Assembly (NCBI GenBank): GCA_964016885.1
Contig: OZ024741.1
Span: forward strand, 272,490,001-272,554,000
Direction: 5' to 3'
DNA from: Eledone cirrhosa
Taxonomy: Eukaryota
DNA length: 64,000 bases
Positions 11,345 through 23,699 of the stretch are shown one piece after another (within the stretch, counting starts at the first letter, position 1; each line of letters begins with the position of its first letter). A program made the translations under genes and the position numbers. The notes under the pieces are model-generated. The model did no database searches and had not been told where the DNA came from. It was given only the letters and a program-made list of their open reading frames with translations.

Positions 11345-14224
11345 ATTGCAGGTGACTTCAATCATCCTGAGATCGATTGGGAAACCTTTCGTTGGCCACA
11401 AAGTGCAAACGATTTCCTTGAGCTAGTGCTGGACTCAAACTGGTCACAAGTAGTCACCTCTCCAACAAGAGGTGACAACACTTTGGACCTGATCTTCACC
11501 ACTACTCCTGAAGTGGTTATCAGTTGTACTACTGAGGAACCTCTAGGCGACTCTGATCATGCTATGATCATTGCCAATCTGGCTCTTGCAGGCAGCAACA
11601 AAAACCAGAATCATCTCCAATCTGCTTGCTTTGATTGGAAGAAAGCAGATTGGAACTTGTACTGCACTGGGCTACAGCGCCCAAACTGGACTCAATATGG
11701 ATAGCGTGTGCAGCATCGGTGCCATGTAAGCAGAAAAAAAAACACCCCAAAAGTGTAATTTGGGAAACTTCAGCGGTCCGACTTGCCAGGAAAGAACGTC
11801 GGAAAGCTGAACAGGAATTTAAACTGAATAAATCAGATGCCAACAGAAAAAAACGGAATAAATCTTCCAGCCAGCTCAAGCAAGTGACAAAAAAGGCAGT
11901 GCTTGAATTTGAACAGTGCATAGCAACCAATCCTGACAGTAAGGTGTTCTGGAAATATGTTCATTCAAAGCAGAGACCTCACTCTCCAGTTGGTCCTCTT
12001 CGCAATCCCCACACAAGCCAGATCACTGACGATCCCAAAGAATGCGCAGAACTCATTGCTGAGTGCTATGCAAGCATTTTTACTGTTGAAAACCAGAATG
12101 TACCATCTCCACCATCTCTAACATCAAATTCCATAACAACTATGGAATTTACACCTGCAATGTTGCGACGTCACCTTAAGAATAAGCGCAACTATGCCTC
12201 CCCTGGTCTTGATGGTGTTACATACCTGCTTCTCAAACGTGGCGGGTACTTCCTTTTGCACCAGCTTTCTTTCTTCTTTCAATACTGTCTCAACAATGGT
12301 GCTACTCCGGAGCAGAGGAAAACTGCCAGTGTCATTCCCCTGTTCAAAAAGGGTGACTGCACGTCACCTGTCAATCTATCGTGCAGTCAGTCTTACTAGA
12401 TGTATTGCCAAACTGATGGAATCCTGTGTCAGAGAAACACTTTGGAACTTCTGGAGCTCTCACAGCCTCATTCGCCCTCGCAATTTGGATTTATCCCTAA
12501 CTCCAGCTGCTGTGATCAGCTTATCGAGTTCCTTGAAGACATTACCCGGATCACTGACAGCGGCTCATGGGTGGATGTTGTTTACCTTGACTTCGCTAAG
12601 GCTTTTAATTCTGTGCCACACAAAAGACTTATGGCAAAACTCTCTGCAATTGGTGTGAGGGATGATCTTTTTAACTGGTTGAAATCCTTTATTCTCAGCC
12701 GAAAAGAGGTAGTCACAGTTCTAGGACAGCATTCTTCACCATATGAGATGTTGTCTGGTGTACCACAGGGATCTGTTCTTGGTTCCCTTTTGTTTGTGGC
12801 ATATATTAATGACATAGATGCCAACTTAAAGAATGCCACGATGTACCTTGAAATCAAAAGGAGTGATCCTGAAATCTACAACTCTTTCCTACAATCAGAC
12901 CTGGACACAATGCAGCAATGGATCACAGACTGGCAACTGAAGCTGGCTGTGGACAAGTGTACCACCTTGCATTTTGGGAGGAAAAATCCAGAGTCCACAT
13001 ACTCCCTCCACAACACTGATATCAAGAAGTCCTCTTGTGAACGTAACCTTGGCATTACTGTCAGCAGCGATTTGCGTTGGACAAAGCATGTCTCTAAGAT
13101 TGTCAAGAAGGCCGAGGGTGTCTTGGCATCACTCAGCAAGACCTTTGTTAGCCGCTCTCCAGCCATCTATTTAAAGCTGTATACAGCTATGGTATGACCA
13201 CACTTAGAATTCGCATCATCAGTCTGGAACCCCTATCTTGCTCAGAACATTGACCTGGAAACTGTTCAGAGACGTGCAACCAAGCGCATACCCTCCATCA
13301 GACACCTACCATACTCTGAACGCCTTGCTTCTCTGGGCATGGATTCATTGAAGCTCCGACGTCTGGCAATGGACTTGGTAAACACCCACAAAGTTATTAA
13401 CCATCTCATCAACAACAACCCTGAGCACCTTTTTGATCTCCATGTGTCTAACACACGTGGACATGCCTACAAAATCAGAAAACAGCACAGCTCCCATGAC
13501 TTTCGGAATCATTTTTTCACGCTCAGAGTTGTTGAAGCATGGAACAAACTGCATCATTTAAAACCCTCATGCTTCCCAAAATTCGCCAAAACTACACCTG
13601 ATGAACCCCTTCCATACACATACACACATGTGTATATCATGACTCATGCACTGTTCATTTTCCTGACGTTTGTGCATTACCCTATGTACTATATGTACAG
13701 CCACCGGAAATAGCACCTGTGAAATATACAGCGCCATCTACTGTTAGCTAGCTACCTCAACGTGAAACAAAACAACCCTTAGAAGCTACCAGAATAAACG
13801 CCTACACAGCGGCTAAACATCAAACGATTATTTCTGTATAAATAGAGTGGTTCCAAACACTTCGCCAGTCGACATTTGGCAGAGTCAACCCGCGTATCGT
13901 TGTTCCTCGCCTCTGCCACGTTTTGTCACTCACACACGCCTTGTACCTTGTATCGTCGCTTCATGTGAAAATAAATCGAATTTACATCCCTCGCCTTGCT
14001 TCGTCCTTTCAACTTGTGCTTTCGTCTGTTCATCCTTACTGTATGTGACAACAGTTCTTTTAAGGGCTATCTTCAGATACGATCAGACCGTATGCGATAA
14101 CAGTCCTTTTAAGGGCTATTCTCGGATCTGATCGGAAGGAGTGACCAGACTGACTAACCACGTCGCTACATATACATACCCTTTTTTATGAGTTGTAGTG
14201 CACCTGAGCACTGTACACAATATT

Positions 14225-14258
<34 letters not shown>
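11345..14258 (+). mobile_element. CR1-clade LINE, 5'-truncated and frameshifted (APE + RT)
   Basis: AGDFNHPEIDW and PTRGDNTLDLIFT (APE); YLDFAKAFNSVPH and GVPQGSVLG (RT); ADD motif deleted; C-terminal TRGH..K and FFTLRVV..WNKL; (ATT)n tail at 14227-14258. Confidence 0.9.
13694..14170 (+). mobile_element. Solo LTR (Gypsy-like) inserted in the CR1 3' UTR
   Basis: Starts TGT and ends ACA; TATA on both sides (13690-13693, 14171-14174) as a 4-bp TSD; internal tataaata (about 13838) and aataaa (about 13970). Confidence 0.75.
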
Positions 14259-14899
14259 GTAACGACACTAGTGTTAAGCTGTATATATCTGTTGCCTTTC
14301 CTCTGGATAGTTTTATATATCGTATAATGTATATACATAGTATATATAATTGTTGTAATGACACTGGAGCCAAGCTGTAGCTGTCTGTTGCCTTTCCTGT
14401 GGACAGTATTATATATCATACTATGTATATATACATAGTGTATGATGGCTGCAACTCGATTTCGAATAATGGCATCGCTTGATACTTAATCATGAGCATC
14501 ATGGACGTGGCTTTTTAGTCCTTCTATGGACTCATCTATGGCCAGCAATACCAGCATCGCAAAAAATGTCACATATCAAGCAGTGCCCGTGCTTGAAGCT
14601 TTTTTAAGTGAGGAAAGGCTTTGCATGGAGCTAATCCCATTTGTCCAAAAAAAGAACTGGTCTACATTGAATGTAAACGGAGTCGCAGGTTTTATATCAG
14701 AGTGACCTTCTAGAGAGATAGCTTAATGAAGACTAGGAGTCTGTTGCTCAAAAAAAGAAAACAAAGCAAAAAAAAAAAAAAAAAAAAAAGCAAATCAACA
14801 AACAAACAGTATATATAGTATTTATATGTGTGTTGTAACGACACTGGTGTTAGGCTGTATCTATCTGTTGCCTTTCATCTTGGCAGTATTTCTGAGGTG

Positions 14900-15186
14900 G
14901 TGTGCAGGAGAGAAGACTGCATTGGTACGGACATGTAATGCGCATGTATGATGATCGCTGGGTGAAGAAGTACCAGGAAATACCAGTGGATGTAATCCGA
15001 AGTAGAAGTAGACCAAGGAAGACCTGGGCAGAGGTGGTGAGAGCTTACTGCAAATCACAGAGACTCACGGAAGAGATGACGGTGGAACTCAATGTGTGGA
15101 GAGATGCTGTGCTGAGAAAAACCCATCCAACCCATGCAAACGTATAAAAGTGGACATAAAAACCATGATGATGATGATGATGATGA
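14900..15186 (+). mobile_element. RTE LINE 3' fragment (family B-like)
   Basis: ERRLHWYGHVMRMYDDRWVKK...RPRKTW; (TGA)n tail. Confidence 0.85.
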
Positions 15187-15344
15187 CAGTGTATATACAT
15201 ATAGATGTTCTCACTACTTTTATTCATAGTTGTATAAATAACATTACAAATTGTTTGCAATTCTTTCAGAATGAAAATATAAACAGAGCATATAAATACA
15301 TTTACAGTAGAATAACATAACAAATAAGTTTTAAATATATACAT

Positions 15345-15740
15345 AAATAACATTATAAATGCTTAGATAACATTATAAATTGCTTGCGATTCATTCAGAA
15401 AGATATATTCTTTTAATGTTACAATATTAAAGAAAATGTAAAGGAAGGGGTGAACAACCGAGCCAACACCAGAGCAAAAGACAGCAACGCTCCGTGGAGT
15501 ACTGGGAAACCTCTCTAATGATTTTTTAGGCAAGCCAGCACACTCGCAGCGTTGCCTTGGGTGATGGCGAGGCGAATGCGCTGGAACAGCCAAGCGCCCT
15601 CGCGAGATTCGCCAGTTACCTCTATTAGGCGAGCCGCCAGTGAAGAGAGGAACCTCGCAGTCAGCAGCCCGACTCCCCCAAACGTCTCGAAAGCCTCAGG
15701 CTGAAAAATGTAGCTGGCCGACAGATCACAGTATTTGAGG
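15345..15740 (-). mobile_element. Interspersed repeat, probable LINE 3' end (possibly L1/Tx1-like)
   Basis: About 210 bp shared with 21857-22050; flanks differ beyond that; clade is a guess. Confidence 0.5.
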
Positions 15741-15875
15741 GATGTTGTAATGATACTGTTGTCAAGCTGTATCTATCTGTTGCCTTTTCCCTGAACATTA
15801 CATATCACGCTTAGAGTGTGCATACATAATGTAGGTAAACGTATATATATACTTTTGATAGTATGTATATACTTT

Positions 15876-15948
<73 letters not shown>

Positions 15949-16147
15949 GTGTGTGTGTATATATATATATTTATATATACAATAAATGCCATTGTTAAAT
16001 AATAAATAAATCAACTAATACCTTAACACTTCACACAAAGTAAAACATTTCGTTTTAATCATTTTCTAACCCAGAAAAAAGAGAGAGAGACACAAAAAAA
16101 AATGAAAAAAAAATTTTTCTTCCTCATAATCGTCTCTTTCTCCCTAT

Positions 16148-16178
<31 letters not shown>

Positions 16179-16182
<4 letters not shown>

Positions 16183-17448
16183 GCAAGACTTGCCTCCCTT
16201 GTTGTGACGAAAACATCACCAATAGAGTAACGCTCTCTAGACAGGAAGTAGCTGAAGTTGCTTCCCGTTGGGGTGGCAGAACCCTATAAAAAGCTGCCAA
16301 CGACCTGTTGCACTATCATTTTCGCGCTATTTTCTCGCGCAATAGAAATTTTTTTTTTCCAACTTAACCTTGTTTTGGCACGTGTAGGCAGCACAATTCT
16401 CGACTCACGGAGATAACCACACGCCAGAGATAACGTTTCTCGCCAAGGATTCTTCAGCCTTAAGCTATTTCTCCTATTTGTCGGTTTAAAAATTTACCAC
16501 GTAAATTTGCCGTTGAAAACTGCGCATTTATTCAGAATGCTTATTTCTTTGGTCGCTGGCCTCTTGACCCTTCCAGGTCAACGCATTCTCAACATCGACC
16601 ATCAACTTCGGCTGTTCTTTCTAGCAGTTTGCGCAACTCATTTTTTCTTGAAAATTTTTTACTGTGAATTTAAACATCGAATACGCTCACTCAGCGAGAC
16701 AACAACATCAACAGCAACACAGCCAGAGAATTTATTTTTGCAGCACTCTTCCTGTGAGAAAATCCATTCGGAGGTTGGTTGGAAATTTCACGTTATACCA
16801 CAGACCAGAAACCACCTGCATTCATTCTCTGGAACACACTTTCTTTCCTGCTGTCATGTGATTGCACACCTGTGAACTGTATTTTGAATATTTGAACTTT
16901 GAGCTCTTCTCTTACTTTGATTACATTGTATCTTTGGGTGATGGATAGATGGATGTCCAGTCGTTCTCTGGCCAAGAGCGGTTGGCTACCTTGATATCTA
17001 TAATTGATTTTTTGCATGCATATATTTTGCTGTTTTCCTATTATTGCAAACATTATTTTTTTTTCGTAATTTTCATGCCTGTTACAACATTATCGCCATC
17101 TTACTCCATACATGTTTCATTCGATTTTTATGTTTTAAAAATCTGGCGGGGGATAATGTAGCAAGAGTTGCCTCCCTTGTTGTGACGAAAACATCACCAA
17201 TAGAGTAACGCTCTCTAGACAGGAAGTAGCTGGAGTTGCTTCCCGTTGGGGTGGCAGAACCCTATAAAGGGAATAACTTTCAGCTCCCTATCTCTCATTT
17301 GCCCTTTCGGTAACTAATAACTTTGCTTCATTCTTTCATCTATTCATTGACATGTCAACTATACTGTTCTATATAACCACAAATTGTTGATTAAATATTA
17401 TACACACAAACCACGTCTCTTGTTATATTCATACACACCAGTATTTTG

Positions 17449-17452
<4 letters not shown>
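16179..17452 (+). mobile_element. Non-autonomous LTR element with a partly deleted 5' LTR
   Basis: 112-bp direct repeats 16179-16290 and 17157-17268 (2 mismatches), both starting TGT; purine-rich ggcgggggataa directly before the second; embedded in (TA)n. Confidence 0.7.
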
Positions 17453-17502
<50 letters not shown>

Positions 17503-17555
17503 ATACCGGTAAATATACTCGGTAGATTCATATGTATACACACACAAACAAATAC

Positions 17556-17591
<36 letters not shown>

Positions 17592-17846
17592 ATATTAACA
17601 AATAGAAACTATATTTATAAAACCATATTTATTTCATTATACATATTTCAAGGACACCAAAGCAAATTATGGTGCGCTTTCATCAGATAAAATATAATAT
17701 AGATCAGTTTTATAAACAAATATTGACATACCCTTAAGGAATGCGATCATGTCAATTGGAAGCTCCCGGATAGTCATATCATGAGTGCTTTATATCAGTT
17801 ATAAAAATATTTGCTTGTTGTATCCCAACAAATTAAATATAACTTC

Positions 17847-17931
<85 letters not shown>

Positions 17932-17935
<4 letters not shown>

Positions 17936-18311
17936 GTTTCTACTTTTGGCACAAGGCCAGCAATTATCCCAGTGCATTACTGGTACTTTATGTTATCGAC
18001 CCCGTAAGGATGAAAAGCAAAAATTAACCACGACGGGATTTGAACTCAGAATGGCAAGGGCCGTAACTCTATGCGCCAAAGCATGGCGTCCGACCCTCTA
18101 CCGATACTGGCAATCCACGATGGATTGGCAGTATCGGTAGATTGGCAGGGTCGGGCGCCATGCTTTGAAGCATAGAGTTACCTCCCTTTATGATCTGAGT
18201 TCAAATCCCGCCGAGGTTAACTTTGCCTTTCATCCTTACGGGGTCGATAACATAAAGTACCAGTAATGCACTGGGATAATTGCTGGCCTTGTGCCAAAAG
18301 TAGAAACAATT
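17932..18311. mobile_element. Head-to-head inverted pair of second-family SINEs (foldback)
   Basis: Left arm aattgtttctacttttggcacaaggccagc is the reverse complement of the right arm end; centre near 18120; (TA)n on both sides. Confidence 0.85.
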
Positions 18312-18472
18312 ATATATATATATATATATATATATAACGAAGGAATTGTGGTAAAGAACCAGATGGACCATAACGCACCAGAGTGCTCAATACTTAGCGT
18401 AGTAGAGTGGGTAATGAGTTCAGAAACACCCGTCGAAACGGCTTGAGCTCTGCCGTCGGGGTTAAACATTTT

Positions 18473-18548
<76 letters not shown>

Positions 18549-18815
18549 AACGGAAAAAATGAAACGATATTTCATTTCCCACTCTTAGTACGGCTGTTAC
18601 TTAAATATAAGTATGTACACGTACATATATATATGTATACCGACGTACAGTAGTATGTATATATATATATACATACATGCACACATATACATATGCATGT
18701 ATGGATTCACCGAATATTTATTATAATGCTCGGTGTGTTTGTAAACAAACACCCCGTATTAAGCCGTAGTGTCTAGCAACCACCGTTGCTCGTTTGTTCA
18801 ACACTGACAAAGGAA

Positions 18816-18856
18816 CGCTGTACTAGTTTCAAGCTTGTTAGCTATCGTCAGCAACG
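18816..18856 (-). ncRNA. Minimal type I hammerhead ribozyme motif (unit 1, core intact)
   Basis: - strand: cgttg CTGACGA t agct aaca agct t GAA actagt A cagcg; helix I 5 bp, helix II 4 bp, palindromic helix III ACTAGT, GUA cleavage triplet. Confidence 0.8.
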
Positions 18857-19237
18857 TATACCTTCCTGCCAGATTGTTGAACGTATATACTTACCTTATG
18901 CATATTAACGGCTGAGTAGCCCAATTTGCATATCGAGTGGATTAATCGGCCGGGTGCACCGAAAACGATAAACGGAAAAAATGAAACGATATTTCATTTC
19001 CCACTCTTAGTACGGCTGTTACTTAAATATAAGTATGTACACGTACATACATATATGTATACCGACGTACAGTAGTATGTATATATATATATACATACAT
19101 GCACACATATATATATGCACGTATGGATTCACCGAATATTTATTATAATGCTCGGTGTGTTTGTAAACAAACACCCCGTATTAAGCCGTAGTGTCTAGCA
19201 ACCACCGTTGCTCGTTTGTTCAACACTGACAAAGGAA

Positions 19238-19278
19238 CGCTGTACTAGTTTCAAGCTTGTTAGCTATCGTCAGGAACG
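19238..19278 (-). ncRNA. Hammerhead motif (unit 2; core intact, first helix I pair broken)
   Basis: cgttc CTGACGA tagct aaca agctt GAA actagt A cagcg. Confidence 0.65.
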
Positions 19279-19657
19279 TATACCTTCCTGCCAGATTGTT
19301 GAACGTATATACTTACCTTATGCATATTAACGGCTGAGTAGCCCAATTTGCATATCGAGTGGGTTAATCGGCCGGGTGCACCGAAAATGATAAACGGAAA
19401 AAATGAAACGATATTTCATTTCCCACTCTTAGTACGGCTGTTACTTAAATATAAGTATGTACACGTACATATATATATGTATACCGACGTACAGTAGTAT
19501 GTATATATATATACATACATGCACACATATATATATGTACGTATGGATTCACCGAACATTTACTATAATGCTCGGTGTGTTTCTAAACAAGCATCCCGTA
19601 TTAAGCCGTAGTGTCCAGCAACCATCGTTGCCCGTTTGTTCAACACTGACAAAAGAA

Positions 19658-19698
19658 CGCTGTACTAGTTTCAAGCTTATTAGCTATTGTCAGCAACG
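19658..19698 (-). ncRNA. Hammerhead motif (unit 3; G8 to A, probably inactive)
   Basis: cgttg CTGACAA tagct aata agctt GAA actagt A cagcg. Confidence 0.55.
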
Positions 19699-20077
19699 TA
19701 TACCTTCCTGCCAGATTGTTGAACGTATATACTTACCTTATGCATATTAACGGCTGAGTAGCCCAATTTGCATATCGAGTGGGTTAATCGGTATATATAT
19801 ATATATATATATAAATGGAAAAAATGAAATTTCATTTCTCACTCTTAGTACGGCTGATACTTAAATATAAGTATGTATACGTACATACATATATGTATTC
19901 AGACGTACAGTAGTATATATATATATATATATATATATACATGCACACATATATATATATATATATGTACGTATGGGTTTACCGAACATTTATTATAATG
20001 CTCGGTGTGTTTGTAAACAAACAGCCCGAATTATTAGCTGTACAGTGTTCGGCAACCATCGTTGCCCTTTTGGTATA

Positions 20078-20118
20078 CGGTGCTGATGACAGCTAATAAG
20101 CTAGAAACTAGTTCATCG
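20078..20118 (+). ncRNA. Hammerhead motif in the inverted unit
   Basis: cggtg CTGATGA c agct aata agct a GAA actagt T catcg. Confidence 0.75.
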
Positions 20119-20585
20119 TTCCTTTGTCAGTGTTAAACAAAAGGGCAATGATGGTTGCCGAACACAGTACGGCTAATAATTCGGGCTGTTTGTTTACAAA
20201 CAAACCGAGCATTATAATAAATGTTCGGTAGACCCATACGTACATATATATATATGTGTGCATCTATGTATGTATATACATACTACTGTACGTCTGTATT
20301 CATATATGTATGTATGTATACATACTTATATATATATATATATAAGAAACGGAGAATCAGCGGTGCGACGAATAAGATTTATGAGACATATTACAATCGT
20401 TTTTCTGGCGACCAGCTCAAGGCCCGATCGATGCAATGATCAAACCTGACTCTGAAATCGTGAGATCCTCAGATATGTCTCGATTCTACGAAGCAGAGTT
20501 TCCAAATGTACAGTTACACCCTATGCCTTTGCTCGACAGCTTAGATCCTGTTGTTTTCATTCTATGAGTGGTCAAGAATACACGT

Positions 20586-20622
<37 letters not shown>

Positions 20623-21856
20623 GAGAGAGAGAGAGAGAATCAGAGATATATGAAAAGTATATACACACTATCAAAAGTATATATATAAACATGAACGTTT
20701 GTTTCAAATTACATCGGTTCGTTATTCTATACGTTTACCTATAGTGTATCGTTGTAACGACACTTATGTCAAGTTGTAACAACTTTTATCTTTTCCCTTG
20801 GACAACATGAGTGGCCTATTGAAAGGGAGACTAGCATGCATGGCGGCTAACTGCTGGTCTTCTAAACAGTTGGCAACCCTTTGCTCAGTTGAAGGCTTTA
20901 GAGAGGAACTTTCTAGTTTCAAACCTATAGTTAGCTATGATTGAAAGAAGCCTTATCAACTACAGCCAAGCCCAAATTGTAGACCTACTTGCAGTCAGCC
21001 CTGAAAACTGATTTCTGATCACTGATCCCTGATCTCCGATCTCGATCAGGCGACCGACAACAACCTGGAACAGCAGCAGTCTCACATGAAAGCACTACAG
21101 TCCAATCATCAATATCTTTATCCTCGAAACTATGTACTAAATTTTGTAATATTTGGGGAGGGTCATGTTGTCCTAACAAAAAAAAAAAAATAAAAAGTGA
21201 AAAAAAAAGTACTGTTTCTATAAATAATTTAGCTGGCAATCGATGTTTATCACAGTTAAAAATATAAATATAAATATAATTTCTCAAAGTTCTTTCGTCA
21301 CACATTTCTGTGAGATCTTCAGTGATTATCGTTGTGTTTCCTCCCGTTGTGTTTCTATAACGTTTTCTTTTTTTTTTGCTTCTGTTTGTTTGCGTGTATT
21401 CTGTAATAGATTTCATTTGGACAATGAGTTTAGCAGTTCGCTTTGCAATCATGAGTTTTTTTTTATCCATTCCTACATATTAGTGGACTTTTATGAGTCT
21501 GGTAAATACCTTATTCTCTCCAAGGCAGCGATGGCGAAGTTATGACATACATGTTTTAGGTGATACGTGGTGGATTGAAAAAAATTATTAAGATAAATAT
21601 TTTATTATCCTAGTTTTATGAATAAATTAGAAAATTTCAAGTTATATTATAAAAGTAAGTTATTTATCTATAAGTGTTTTCTTCAACCATCTTAGTGTTA
21701 GTGATTTACACGATAAACAAACCAAGTAAATTCTGTAAAGTGGTTGATGATAGGAAAAGCATCCAGGTGATGAAAACCTACCAAACAAGGGATTGGAGGA
21801 CTGGTTAGCTGAGTAAAAGACATGATCACCTCCTCAGTGTTAGGGTAACAATAAAA

Positions 21857-22250
21857 AATAACATTACAAATGCTTAGATAACATTATAAATTGCTCACAA
21901 TTCTTTCTTTAATGTAATATTAAAGAAAATGTAAAGGAAGGGGTAAACAACCGAGCCAACACCAGAGCAAAAGACAGCAGCGTCGCGAGGAGTACTGGGC
22001 AACCTCTCTAATGATTTTTGAGGCAAGCCAGCACACTCGCAGCGTTGCCCCGGGTACACTCGGTAGAGCGCAGGATTGTATAGTTGTGGGTTATTAGTCC
22101 GGCTAAGATCTTGGTAGAGTACAGGAAAGTTTGTAAGGTGCAAGTCCCCCATTCCATCAGAGGGGTCAGTAGCTCCTCTTGATTGAATACTGAGCCGGTC
22201 TGTTGACGATCCGTCTAACTCTTGCAGTGAAAACAGCCATTAAACAATGA
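21857..22250 (-). mobile_element. Second copy of the probable LINE 3' end seen at 15345
   Basis: Shares aaatgcttagataacattataaattgct...gcaagccagcacactcgcagcgttgcc with 15345-15560. Confidence 0.5.
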
Positions 22251-22749
22251 TGATGGTGATGATAGTTTGTATTGTTTTTGTGTTCAACGTATCAATCTAC
22301 CAGATATACTGTAGCATCCCATTAAAACGAGGAGTGTATCTAATATATTTATGACTCTAGGAAAAAGAGACGATGTTCGGTTTTGTGAATTATTATAATT
22401 GAAACAAAAATCAAAACTAAACAAAACAAAAAACAGCCTTTTCCAGTCGAACAGAACTTTCTACAAAGAAAGATAACTCTAGAAGATATCAAAGGCCAAG
22501 GGAGACAACTGTAAACATTGATAATATTAACATAAAAAAAATCTCCCTCAAGACAAATCGACAAATACAGAGGAACGTTCGAAAAGAAAACATCTGAAAT
22601 TTTCGGAGACTTGGGCTGAAGGCGCGGGCATGTTCGTGCCGCATGCTGACAGTTCCAGGTTTGATTCCACTGTGCGATTCTTTAAGCAGATAACTTCTAC
22701 TGTATTCTCGGGTTGACCAATTATTTGTAAATGGAATTTGGTAGAGCTC

Positions 22750-22892
<143 letters not shown>

Positions 22893-23190
22893 AAGCGAGA
22901 TGTAAAATCCTGACCGTGGCGCCCAAGCATCTCTCCATGCATTGAATACCCCTATCATTAGTGATCTACTCGGTCTCAGCACTACAGCCCCCTCCTGGCT
23001 CTCTCAGAGGTACTGTCATACGGCGTGTCTAGGGCACTTTTAAACTTGGCGGAGCCCAACCCTCTCCTGGTCTGAACACAGCCAACTTTTTCTATAGAGG
23101 AAAATCAACTGCAATATTGCAATATTGGACTGGTACGTTTTTTACCGACCTCAAAAGGATAAAAGGCAAAGGTGAATATATATATATATA

Positions 23191-23694
23191 TATAAGGCGG
23201 GTAAAATTCCCGAGATCCATGGACGAGTTATTTCCAGTGGTCTCTGTCACTCATTATCGATGCCATGTCCTGCGTTTCCCAGAGACCAGTGTCTATCCTT
23301 AGGGCATCAATATGAAGCGAAGCTGGTTAGTAGTTATCATTAGAAGAAATAACACGAATAGCTGGTTTACTTTTGATATAAAACATTTACTTCACTTCAT
23401 TTTATAAATGAACAAAGAATAGGTTACAAAGAGTTATAACGGTTGAAGATATTTTTGACGTTGCTTCATGATGCTGGTGTAGTCTGTGGCCAGAGAAGGT
23501 GAGTAGTCCGTAGACCAGGAGAGAGCGAAGGTAAAGGTCTGTAGCAGTCTGTAGACCCAGGGGTCTGTAGTTAGAGGTGAATGTTTTGCATAGCTATTCT
23601 CTCGCGTACTGCTCCGATCGCCTCTTGCTTGGTCTGATACAGGATATTTATACCTGTCGTTTTCTGTTTCCCGCCTCGAGGGATCGCCCACACA
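23191..23694 (-). mobile_element. Probable solo LTR
   Basis: - strand starts TGT, has a tataaata box (about 23645-23652) and ends in a (TA) run; TSD not resolved. Confidence 0.45.
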
Positions 23695-23699
23695 TGAAC

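Larger units (their letters stand above)
18549..20340 (-). mobile_element. Tandem ~421-bp repeat with one hammerhead motif per unit (candidate non-LTR retrozyme); last unit partial and inverted
   Basis: Units start at about 18549, 18971, 19393 and 19813; hammerhead motifs spaced 422 and 420 bp; 19860-20070 is inverted relative to 20140-20340. Confidence 0.8.

Noticed and set aside
17650-17692. - strand CTGATGA followed by an aagc/gctt stem as a hammerhead
   Set aside because: No GAAA follows the stem
19457-19750. 97-aa ORF in the 421-bp repeat
   Set aside because: Starts in microsatellite-like sequence, has no recognisable domain, and is not reported as open in the neighbouring units
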